Shown in pieces: positions 12,660-23,859 of a stretch of DNA of 64,000 bases; the first letter of the stretch is position 1; each line of letters starts with the position of its first letter. The notes beneath the pieces are model-generated. The model saw nothing but the letters and a program-made list of their open reading frames with translations. It was not told the DNA's origin and did no database searches. The stretch comes from Selaginella moellendorffii (lineage: Eukaryota > Plantae > Lycopodiophyta). The translations under genes and the position numbers were made by a program. The stretch spans positions 643,569 through 707,568 of the forward strand of contig NW_003314342.1 of NCBI RefSeq assembly GCF_000143415.4. Reading direction: 5' to 3'.

Positions 12660-13250
12660 GGATGGAAAGAGATCATGGTTCAAGCAATCCAGTCTATGAT
12701 CGTTGCATGCCCAGTGCTGGGATCTTGATGGAGCTCGAAAGTTCTTTGAGAGGATGACGCGGAGAGATTCAGTGTCATGGGCAACACTTATCAACTCTTT
12801 TGTGCAACATGGCTGCACTAATCTAGCAAGAGACACATATGAAATAATGCCACAGCACGACGTAGCAAACGCCCTGTGCAGTGAAGTCGACCAGTTACAC
12901 AATCTCTTGATTCAATGCCTCAAAGAAACCTTGTCTCGTGGACAGTTTTCTAGCAAGACTTTGCAATCAAGATGATCTTGCAAAAACTAAAAGAGTGTTT
13001 GATCTGATAGCCCAGAGAGACAGTGTTTCTTGGAATATTAAGATCACCGCATATGCCGAACTAGGGCATGTATACGAAGCAAAGTGCTTGTTTGACACTG
13101 TAGAAGTTCCAAAGTTATTATGTGGAATCAGAGAGTTGGGCAAAATGGACACTTGGCAGCATTGTTTAGATGCTGTTTACAGCCAAGCATAGTATTTGAT
13201 CAGTGTTGTGGAGCTTTCTTCCAGATGTTTCTAATTGGGGATGCTTCTTG
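12660..13250 (+). pseudogene. PLS-type PPR gene relic
   Basis: DLDGARKFFERMTRRDSVSWATLINSF and TKRVFDLIAQRDSVSWNIKITAYAELG lie in different frames with stops. Confidence 0.8.
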
Positions 13251-15589
13251 AGTGCATGTAAGATCCACGCGGAGTGAGAGGAGTGTTTGGTGCTGCTAGT
13301 TAAAGTTCTTTTCACTATTTTCATTATTTATTATGATTCACCCTATAAATTTGGAAAGTTCACAAAGGTTTTCCTATAATATTTCCTTAAGTGTTGGAGC
13401 ACCAACACAAGCTATGGTCTATCCCAAAGATTATTTTACTCTTACTACCAACGTGCTTATTTTCATTAAGTTTAATATTGAGCTTTTCCATTAGTTTTTG
13501 CATTACAACCACAATCACAATGTCAATCTTTCTTTCAAACCCAGCTATTGCTATAAAACCCTAATAACTTTTTATAATAGCTATACTAATTATAATAGTA
13601 TAGCATATAGATTTGGGATTGATCTAAGTAGGAGTTTAAACCTAATTAATATATTATATTGGTGGAGGTAAGAAGCATTATAAGCACTAAATTGTCTTCA
13701 AAAGGCAAAAATTTGTTAATAGTACTTTGCTCTAGTGTTCAAGATCATGGTTTATTTGTTTCTCAATAGATTTAGAATTTTTTGTGTAGATCTCTTTTAT
13801 TTGATCTTCATTATATTTTGTTCTTTCACAATAACATATTATTGTCAATCAAAGAGTAATTTGATCAAGATTGCAAATGCTACTCTATTGTTCTCATTAG
13901 GCAATGTTGTTTCTACTGTATCTTCCAACAACCAGACTAGCTCTCCAATTAATATCATGATTAAACTCTATATTAGCAAGAGATGGTAAGACATTGAGAA
14001 CAGAAGAAGCTATATAATCACATCCCATGGAAGCTGAAGTAATACATCAATTGGAGCAACATTAGCATAATCATGCTTCACAACACTAAAAGTTAAATTA
14101 ACATCTGATATATTCAAAGATTGAATTTATGAGAAAATAATGTTTATAACTTTGAATGGATTCCTAATTGTGATAAAGAGTTCAAGGATAATTTTGGAGA
14201 TAAATTGAAGATTTTATTGTGTAAGTGTCAATTCTTCAATCTTTTATTCACTTTACCTTTTATTCTTTCTTAGTTATTTCTTATTTTTCAGCTTAAACTA
14301 CCTTCTTCATCTGTAGTATTTCATATTCTTAATTTTTCTTCTTCATCTGTAGTATTTTCTTCTCTTAGTATATTAATTACTTTTGACTATTGTGATTCTC
14401 ATTCTTAATTTAGTTTTGAGTTAAGTGTTCTTTCTCCCTCCTCAAATTGATTTGGATGTTGAGAGTGAGAATTTTACTTTTGTTTTATTGATGAAGTTTT
14501 TAATCAATTCGGATGTTAAGTATTACCCTCACTAACAATTAATTACCCAATAATATTTACTCTCAAGTACAATCACTAAGAAAATGCCCAAGCTAGTTAA
14601 TTAAATAATAAAGTTTGCAATATTGGTACTTTGAGTCAAGGATGATAACAACCTCAAACTCCTACTCATTAGAAATAACCTTTGAAGGAGGTGGTAGTGG
14701 ATCAAAATGGGCATAATAAAGTTTCAATAAAAAAATATGGAACACAAGATATAAATTTATAAATGGAGGGAGATTGAACTAATAAATGACCTCAAAGGTA
14801 TAAGAAAGCATAAGAAAAGGACCAATATATTGATGTAAGCTCATAAATTTGAACTTCTTAAAATGTCATCCAACCCAATACTACTCAAACTAAAAACACT
14901 TTAACACCAAATATCTCAAAATATTTAGCTGATTAAAAAAGAAAATTACACTTTTATTGATAGCCCCTTCTCTTTATATTAAAATTTTAACAAATCATCT
15001 CTTAAATTTTTTTTTATTGTTTATAATTGATAATCCAATTTATTGAAAAGATGTATGGCCTTTCAATGATAACAAAGAAGTTAAACCTTTGATCCAACGA
15101 AAAAATAAAGATTAAATTGGTGAAAATGATTAATAGAATGATAATAAACAACTTGAGCATAAGAAAGGTGATAGTGAACCAATATTTACACTATGTTCAA
15201 TATTGTAGATATTGAACATACTATTCAAGATTATGAATAGTATACTTTGATTACTTATCAAGTGAGAAGTTCATAACTTACTTTTGACATAGGAAAAAGA
15301 AAGAAACTAAGCATACAAAGATAAAAATAAATTGAAACCCTCAATACCATCCAACAATCCATGAAGATATTAAACCTTATAAGTAAAAATCATTTTTGAC
15401 ATAGCAAAAAATATATTATTTTGGAAAACTTGTTGACTCACTATGAAATCCTCAAGAAAGTGGAATATTAATAAAGAAAACTATATATTTAAATTTCCAA
15501 GCTCTTGCAGCAAGAGGAAGGGGCTAGAGAAAACTAGATGAAGGATATTAAAGTATCTTGGTCTATTTGCACGATGGATAAAGATTTTA

Positions 15590-17150
15590 ATATACTATAA
15601 ATAGACTTGAAAAATGATGTATTTAAATATAAAAGGAAAAATGCCTATAAACAAGAATGTGTTTTTTTTTCAATTAGTTAAAGGTCTTAGGGCTAATTAT
15701 CCTTGGGTTTTGAGTACCACTATGCTGAGGGAAGTCTTAGAAAGTTTAAATTTAAAAGTGTTTATTTGGTATTAAAAAGTTCTTAGATCTGACTCTGTTA
15801 GTTGGTTAAAAGAATCACACCACATATTAAAATTAACATTTGCAGTTTAGCTTACTGATGCAAAAGGTAGGGAGTCCAAACAACAAAACTCTTAAGGGAG
15901 TTACAGCTTTTATCTTTTATTTATAAATGTGTGAGCTTGCAAGCAAGAGTAAAAAATATATTTTAACCCCAGTCATCTCTTAAATCATTTCTGTCAAAGG
16001 GAAAAGGCTTCATGAATAATAATGTATTTTATTTTACAATCGATTAAGGGTTTTAAGATAGGGTTAAGTGTCCTTAAGTTTGAGTATTACTAAGTTACTG
16101 AGAAGTTCAAATTTAGAAATTTATACATACTTATCCACATAAAGCCACCAAAACTATTATTAAACTAATGTGCCCTATTGCTAGGGTGTCTTAGCACACT
16201 TAAACAATACCCAACTATATCTCACCATTAGATATATAGTTGAGCATATCAATGAAGAAGCTTGTTTTAGAAATGAAAAAATTAATAATCATCATAATGA
16301 GTTAGAGAAGTATTAAAATAAATTGATTCTTAAATTTTCTGAATAAATAGATCAATGGCTTGAGTTACTTCACTCTGTTACTTGATGCAGTAATAAAGAG
16401 GAGCAGATAATTATGCAAGAGAATTAATTTGGAAGTGAGACTAAGATCCCATTAACTTTTCCTAACTAATGTGCAATTATAAATTAAAAATAAGATAGTG
16501 ACTATGACCATCAAACTTGATACCAATACCAAGGACTAATAATGAAGGTTTTGTGATCACCATATGTAAAGATCACATGGAAAGAACCCTTAGGGCAAAA
16601 ATAACTCTTTATTGAAGTTGTCATAATAATTTTTTTATAAATTTATACTTTTGAGAGAGTGGAGAGCAATTGGGTAAAGTTTGTTATTTAGTCCTTTTTA
16701 TGACAAGACAGTGTTTAAAGCAAAATCTAAAGCATTTACTTTAACAAAATATGGCTTTATATTATTTGGATGGTGTAAGTTGTTGAATTTGGTTAGGATT
16801 TTTAACCCTAACATGTGCTATAATTTCTCTAGTTAACCAATAAAGTCAAAGAGTCAGACCTAAAACCTCTTTAATAAGTTTTTGTAGTATAAACCCAAGA
16901 ACTCTTAACTCCAAGTTTTAAACTCTTTGATTTAGGATTCTTGAGAACATTGTTACTTTTGCCCAAGAATACTTAACCCTAAATATCCCAAATGATTGAA
17001 ATTCATTTTTATTCATGGGCCTTTTTTTATATTTAAACTTTGTGGATTGTTTTTCAAATTATTCTTTTTGGTTATCCCAAAACCATTAAATGATTAAAAA
17101 AGAAGGTGCACTCTTATATATAGGCCTTTTCTTTTTATATAAAACTCTAT
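15590..17150. repeat. Old diverged inverted repeat pair (~15590-15850 and ~16790-17150)
   Basis: Reverse complement of the left arm (ttaaccaactaacagagtcagatctaagaactttttaata; tataggcatttttccttttatat) resembles the right arm (ttaaccaataaagtcaaagagtcagacctaaaacctctttaata; tataggcctttttctttttatat). Confidence 0.55.
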
Positions 17151-17837
17151 TGAACTCTATTGATTGTCTATTGAGTCATTCTTTACAGATGGATAAGAAC
17201 TAAGATAGAATTGAATGTAAAGTTTAGGAGAGTAAAAAAAGTTTATATAGCAAAAGGCTACACAAAATAAGCATTTTTTATATGAAAAGGGGGATTTTGG
17301 AAAAACCTCAAATGAACACTGATAGTTCACAATATTATAAATAAAGGTTGAGCATTACCACTTAAGAATGATAAAAATCTTGAAAGAATCCATAATGATG
17401 CTATATGAAAAAATAATATAGCCTAAAAACTCCACTAAATCTTGATTAAAAGAATGTTTTTCCAACTTTGCAAAAGGTAGTATTATTGAAGGTATTGGAA
17501 AATAATACAAATATGATAGTCATGTTTTTCTTGAGTATTAGAGAAGATAACAATATCATCAAGATAGACACCAATAGAAAAATAAAGAAAATTATCATTC
17601 TTTTAAATTAAAACTATAAGGATTAATCTACTGGTTAAAATAATCATTATTGTGCTCTTTTATATTAGATTGGACTGATTTATGCAAACCATTTTGGCAT
17701 CAACTTGCATTGAGGAGGCAAGGCAATGGCCTTACAATGACAATTCCATGCTTGGACTGCTCTTTCTTTTATCATAGTCATCTCTCCAAAGGATTAAGTG
17801 CAATGTGTGGAGTTTTTCCCATGGATCAAAACGAAGT

Positions 17838-19149
17838 GAATGCGGCGATGTTGATTCTGCTCAGGAAGCGTTTGACGAGTGCCGAGCTCAGGACAACACG
17901 GGTCTCTGGAACTCTCTCATGCACGCTAAATATGGTATTAGCAATACCAGCCAGTTTAATAGAGAAGCTTGATTCAGCAGCCTCTGTTGAGACAGTGGAG
18001 GCATCTGAGATCACCATACGGCTGAGACACGTGGTGACACGTGGTGGATCTGGAGAGTCACAACTCTCACCTCTATATGTATAGCGATGATGATATCTAA
18101 GCAATAGAGTTTTTCTCTTCTTCCTTAGTTTTCAACATGGCATCAGAGATCAGGGATTAAATCCTGGGTTGAATGGAGGAGGAAGAGGAGGAAGACGATG
18201 AGCCCCCTGATCTGGAGTGGCTGTGAATTGCAAATATCAACAGGCTTACACTCTCCAGGGCCGATCGATCGAGGCCTTGGAGCGTTTCTATTCCATGATT
18301 CAGGAGGAGGGCTGTAAAGCTGACGATGTGAGTTTTGTCTCGGTGTTGAACGCTTGCAGCCATGGTGGTCTGGTCGGGAAAGGAAGGCAGCTTCTGGATG
18401 AAATGCCCAAGCAGTATGGAGTCAAGCCACGTCTGGAGCATTATGTGTGCCTGATCGATATGCTCGGGCGAGCTAACCTCCTCGACGAAGCTGTGAGAGT
18501 TCTCAGAGCCATGCCTTTTGAACCGGATGCAGTGGTTTGTACGTCCCTGCTCGGAGCCTGCCGGAAGTGGAAGAATTACACGATCGGCAAACTCGCGTTT
18601 GAGCGTCTTGTGGAGATGGATCCCAAGAGCGGCACGCCCTACGCATTGATGGCCAATATATTTGGAAACCTGGGGATGCTCAGTGAAAGGGCCGCTGTTG
18701 TGGAGAGAATGAGAGGTGAAGGCAGCTTCAGGGAGCCCGGGAGAAGCTGGTGGACGGATGTTAGCTCAGGAAAAGTGCATTCTTTTTCTGTCGGGGATAG
18801 GAGTCACTCACAGAGCGACGAGATTGCGGCCAAGCTCAAGCAATTGTTGCTGAGAATGAAAGAGGAGGGGTACGCGAGCGATGTGATCAACGTTCTAAAA
18901 GACATACCCGAGGAAGAGAAAGAGGATCACTTGTGCGGCCACAGTGAGAAGCTTGTGCTGGGGTGTGCTCTGGTGAACTCGCACCAGAAGGAGACCATCA
19001 GAATTGTGAAAAATCTCCGAGTTTGTGACGATTGCCATGCAGCCACTGCTCTCATCTCTAAGCTGGAAAAAAGGCTAATCCTCTGCAAAGATGCCAGTCG
19101 GGTTCATGTGTTCCAGGATGGCAGATGTTCCTGTGACAACTACTTTTGA
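17838..19149 (+). pseudogene. PLS PPR-E-DYW RNA-editing factor, 5'-truncated and interrupted by a ~320-bp insert; the E-DYW part (18247-19149) is open
   Basis: Upstream ECGDVDSAQEAFDECRAQDNTGLWNSLMHA joins to YTLQGRSIEALERF once 17928-18246 is removed. PGRSW box, HSEKL and CDDCH present; C-terminus CSCDNYF. Confidence 0.85.
17985..18147 (+). mobile_element. Short (~152 bp) LTR TGTTGA..TCAACA followed by a Met-type PBS (TGGCATCAGAG)
   Basis: TG..CA ends; PBS immediately downstream; close copy at ~23202-23353. Confidence 0.8.
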
Positions 19150-20499
19150 AAACATGTCAGTGCTCTTTCTTGCAGTTATCCCTGGTTTTAAACCCTCCGT
19201 GAGTCAAGCAGAAACATGGGCCGCTGAGTGAGCATGCCTCGTCAAAGTACCGCCGTCAACCTGAACTTCACGGAGAAAAAATTAACATTTAAAAGTTAAA
19301 ACTATGCAAAAGGACGTTGTCTTAAATTTAAATTTCTTTTTGGTAGCAGAATCGGGGAATGCTGACTAAACCTGCCAACAGGTGCCCCAAAATGGAGCGC
19401 CCAGATTCAGATAATAAGCCTTTATGAAGACTTGCCGGTACCCAAACTCTTTGCTGATAGCAAGTACCGCCTCATGTTCCGGGAGCAAGGTGATGGCAGC
19501 TTGCGGCATGACCAACTTTGGGTTTGTGCTCCTAGAGCACGTTGAAGACGTGTGGAAGCTGGTGACGATGGCATTTGTTTCTTGCGACATACTCACCAGT
19601 TCCTCGGCAATGTCTTCCTTCCAGATTTTTTGAGCTTGTCGTGAGTGGTGACCTGCTTGCTCTCTCCTGTGACGACTTCTTCCAGCCTCTGGTGCCCAAC
19701 CTCAAGGCTCTCTTGTGGATGGAGCTAGCCCTACACAGTGTGTGTGTGTGTATCAACCAGCAGATGCACAAATCGTTGAGAATTAGCAAGAAGTGTGTAT
19801 CATAGGTTTAGTATGTAGTGTACCAGTGTACATGTACATGTGTTTCAGCTAAATATAATGGGCCAAATACACCGAAGAAGTGTGTATAAGAAGAGTAGAA
19901 ACAAATTAAGAAATGTAAATTAAGAAGTGCAAAAGAAATGAAAATAAAAATTGTCCATCCTCATCAGTTTGCTGAAATTAAGTTGGATTCATTTCTTCCA
20001 GCTCCAAATATTGTGTGATTGAGTTGTAAGTTAATTAATAGTAGAAAATAAGAAAAAAAAACAAACATTGAAAAAATAGTGTTTGATAATATCTTCTTTG
20101 CTTTTAGTTTTTTATTTTCGAAAGAAAATTAGGGGGGAGTGCTGGTAAAGATATCTTTGCCGTTCATTGGTGGTTAATTAAATGAGCATGTTGAGAGATG
20201 TTTATAAGAGTTTAGCTCTGGACCAAGACGAAAATTAAAGTGCAAAATTTACATTTTCCCTATTTGCACAATAACTTAAGCTAAAGTAATGTACTTACCC
20301 TTATTTTTTATGGGAAAATTATTAGTATTTTGGATTCGCACGAAAACAAAAAGGCAAATTTAGAGGATTCTTAAGTAATTTTTAAAAACCCCCGACCAAA
20401 TCTAAAGTGTTGGGGGGTCATTTTATTTTAAGGGAAGTTGTTAAAAATTATTCCGGAAATATTCGAGAAGATTCTTATGTTAGGGTTTGGCGAGGTTTT

Positions 20500-21876
20500 G
20501 TTGCTTGCTGTGCAAGCTTTCATGCATGACAAGAGCCCCGGTCTCCAAGTGCTGCCTGAGGAAGAAGACCGGGAACTTCGTCGGGCTGTGATTGGGAGGA
20601 GGTTTTGCATCGCCTGTGGTGGGTGAAGCCTCAAAATGTCACCACCTGGAGTAAGTTTTCTTTGGAGTATTACGATGTGGGGATGGAGAAGAGGACCTTC
20701 TTCACCATTTGTGGCATGCTGGAGAGCGAGATCCGGAAGCAAGATACCGGTTGGAGGAGTGCAGTGCTGGTGGATGTTCGACTGGGGGTGACTTTGTACA
20801 AGCTTTTCAAGAACACAGATTACTTGGATCTGGCGGACAAGTTCGGGGAGTCCACAGCTCATGAGATTGTCATGGACACTACTGCGGTGATTGTCAAGTG
20901 TGTCAGGTACAAGATTCATTTTCCTTCAACCGCCAAGGAGGTTCGAGCTGTTGCTGCTGGCTTTCGACAAGTGACAGGTACATTTTCTTATGTTTTTTGG
21001 ATTGTCATAAGTTTTGACGACCAATAGGAACCCGACTGCCTAATGTCGCTGGGGCGATCGACTGTACTCTGAGATCATCTGATCTACTAGACTGGACGGC
21101 GAGAGCTACTACGACCGGAAGCAGCGGTACTCAGTCATCTTGCAAGGGGTTTGTGATGCCCAGAAGAGGTTCCTCAGTGTCTACGCTGGGTGGCCAGGTA
21201 TGTTTCTTTGTGTGTTGTGGATGGTTCTAAAATGTTCTTTTTGCTTTCAGGACGCGTCCATGACATGAGGGATTTTCGTAATTCAACCCTCAGGAACAAG
21301 ATTGTAGCAAGGGAGCTGCTGACATCGCCCACGGTGTTAGCATATGATGATAGGATCAAGCCATACCTAGTGGGGGACAAAGAGTACCAACTCCAGCAGC
21401 ATCTGATGATTCCACACACAAGTAAGTTTTCTTCATTTTACTTTCTTTGGTTCACTTGTTTTGGTTGTTGCTCAGCTCCAAACCCGACACCATCCAAGGC
21501 AGCTTTCAACCTTCATCAACACCTTGCTCGGATTGTTATTGAGCAAGCATTTGGACTTCTTAAAATGAAGTTCAGATGCTTGGATAAAAAACAAAGGATC
21601 CAGCCAAAGTACCTTCCCAACATCATCAAGAGTTGTTGCATCTTGCACAATTTCTTGATTGATGTTGGGGAGACTGATCTTCGGGCGGAGATCCAAGCTT
21701 GGAGGAAAGAGGTGAAAAGGCTCAAGGACCAGGACCTCTTTGTCGATTACGGTGATCCCGAGCAAGCGGAAGGGGAGCCTCATGAGGAGTTGCACAGTCT
21801 AGAGGATGCGAAAGAGGTTAGAGAGAACCTCACGTTTTCCCTCTGTCTTTGCCAGTGGCGTTCGTGTTTGCTTTGA
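20500..21876 (+). mobile_element. PIF/Harbinger DDE transposase (HARBI1-like), intron-containing, probably frameshifted
   Basis: WWVKP, VAGAIDCT, YYDRKQRYSVILQGVCD, YAGWPGRVHD, YLVGDKEYQL, RIVIEQAFGLLKMKFRCL, CCILHNF. GTGCGAA subterminal repeats at 21974-22138. Confidence 0.9.
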
Positions 21877-22359
21877 AATTTGCCGGGATATAATTCTAAA
21901 CATTTGAATTTGAATTTGAAATTTCAAAATTTGAATTAAGTGAATTTTAAGTGTTCGAATGCATTGTTTTTAAGTGCGAATCCGAGGGTGTTTTTCCACT
22001 TAAATCTAAGACATGTGCGAATGCAAAAGTCCTTATAAGTTTACTTTGTAACACAAATTTCTTCAATGTGCGAACCCAACTTTCTTAATTTTTAAAGTGG
22101 GTCGCTTAAGTTTTTTTTTCACTAAATAAATGTGCGAATTGGTCCTTTCTCAACATAAAAGATAATGTTTTGCCAAGCTTACCACAACCACTGGCAACCT
22201 TGATTGCCAATGATGTTGTCCTTGGCTGTGGTATCTATAACCATACAGCTAGGGCCAAAGTTACACACCAATGGCCCATAGCAAGCACAGCCATGGTGGC
22301 ACAAGGTCTCGGCCATGGCTAGCACTACCTTGGCTGGCCTTAGCCGTGGCATAGCCATC

Positions 22360-22710
22360 TACTAGAGGAGCTAGAGGAGAACTGTTGTAGGAGGAGTGCT
22401 AGAGGAGTTGGAGGAGAGCTGTGCAGGAGAAGTGCTGGAGGAGCTGGAGAGCTGCTATAGGAGGAGTGCTGGAGGAGCTGGAGGAGACTCAATGCACAAG
22501 GGGTTTTGAAGGAGCTAGAGGTGAGAAAGAATGATTTGATGAAAATAAAAAAAAACTGAAAAATCCAAGAGTAGGATTGGCAAAAGTACAATGTGGAAGA
22601 GAGTTGTTGCAGGAGGAGCACTAGAGGACATGGAGGAGAGTTGCTACAGGAAGAGTGTTGGAGGGAGGAGATATGTTGCATTGGAGGAAAGTAAGAGCCA
22701 CTAGAGGTGT
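22360..22710 (+). repeat. Purine-rich degenerate tandem repeat (GGAGGAGTGCTAGAGGAG-like units)
   Basis: Repeated gaggagct/ggaggagtg units. Confidence 0.6.
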
Positions 22711-23189
22711 GCAGATGGAGGTTTTCTTGTTTATTTTGTCTTGTGCAGGCAACCCTAAAATGGAGGTGGTTCTTGATCAAGACTGGCCTGGATTTGAATT
22801 GGAAGGGTTGTGACACTGCTTGCTACTGCTAAAGACAATCTGATGCCCTTGCTGCTACAAGGGAAGGCTTCCTTGGGCTGGAGACTTGCTGATGCTGCCA
22901 AGAGGCTTCTCTCAGGAATTGCTGTGCGCAAGGGCCTTGAGGCTGATGGAGAGATCACATTTGAGTGGGGGACATGGAACAAGATGCTGGTTCCTGATGG
23001 GTCCTGATACAAGCTAGGCTGTGTGCAAGCTTGGGTACCTTGGAACGTGCTGCTACTGTTGTTCAACACCACAAGATGCTAATTTCATGAGCTCAGCTTT
23101 TCTTGGCTGAGTGGGGGGAGTGAGATAGGTTTCCTAGTGGTTTAGCATTAGTTTCTTTTTTCTGATCCAGCCTTCTCATGTTGATCTCG

Positions 23190-23353
23190 GCTGAGTGGGG
23201 GTGTGAGGATGTAGTACATCCGAGATCACCGTACTGCTGAGACACGTGGTGACATGTGGTGGATCTGGAGAGTCACAACTCTCACCTCTGTATGTATAGT
23301 GATGATGATATCTGAGCGATAGAGTTTTTTCTCTTCTTCCTTAGTTTTCAACA
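23190..23353 (+). mobile_element. PPT plus 3' LTR of the same family as 17985-18136
   Basis: ggctgagtgggggtg PPT-like tract, then gagatcacc...gagtcacaactctcacctct...ttagttttcaaca nearly identical to 18007-18136. Confidence 0.8.
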
Positions 23354-23859
23354 AGAGGAGTTGGGCACTAGAGGAAAATAAGAGTTGCTAGGTGGAGAGT
23401 TGGGCATTATACACAATACCACCAAACTCAAATACATATAATTTTCTGCATTGGACTATGCAATAACGTTTGGTTTGCTTTGATATTGTCAATTTTTACA
23501 TAAATAAAAAATTTATATGATCTACTTTTTTTAATACATTTATATAATTAATTTTAGTTCTCTCAAAGAGTTCAACTAATGTTTTTTTATCAATTTTATT
23601 CTTCCTATAGCAAGCTTAAAGAAAATAGTGAAGAATATAAGGAAGAAGTCCTACACTCTTTGCAAACTTTCCTTTAAGAACATTATTACTAGTAAAAAAT
23701 TTCACTTATTTTGAGTAGTCTGATGTGTTTGTCTTTATAGCATGTCCATAAACAGAAAACAAGGAACTTTTTACTTGCTCCTCATAGTAGAGTATCACAG
23801 TGATAGAAGAAGTTTGAGCTTCTTCTCCATGCAATGGGCAACAATATAATCAAGTGGCT

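Noticed and set aside
17985-23353. One LTR element that captured the DYW gene and the Harbinger element between two matching LTRs
   Set aside because: No TSD (GCCTC vs AGAGG), and the PPR reading continues upstream of the first LTR, so the LTR piece was inserted into the gene rather than the gene into the element.
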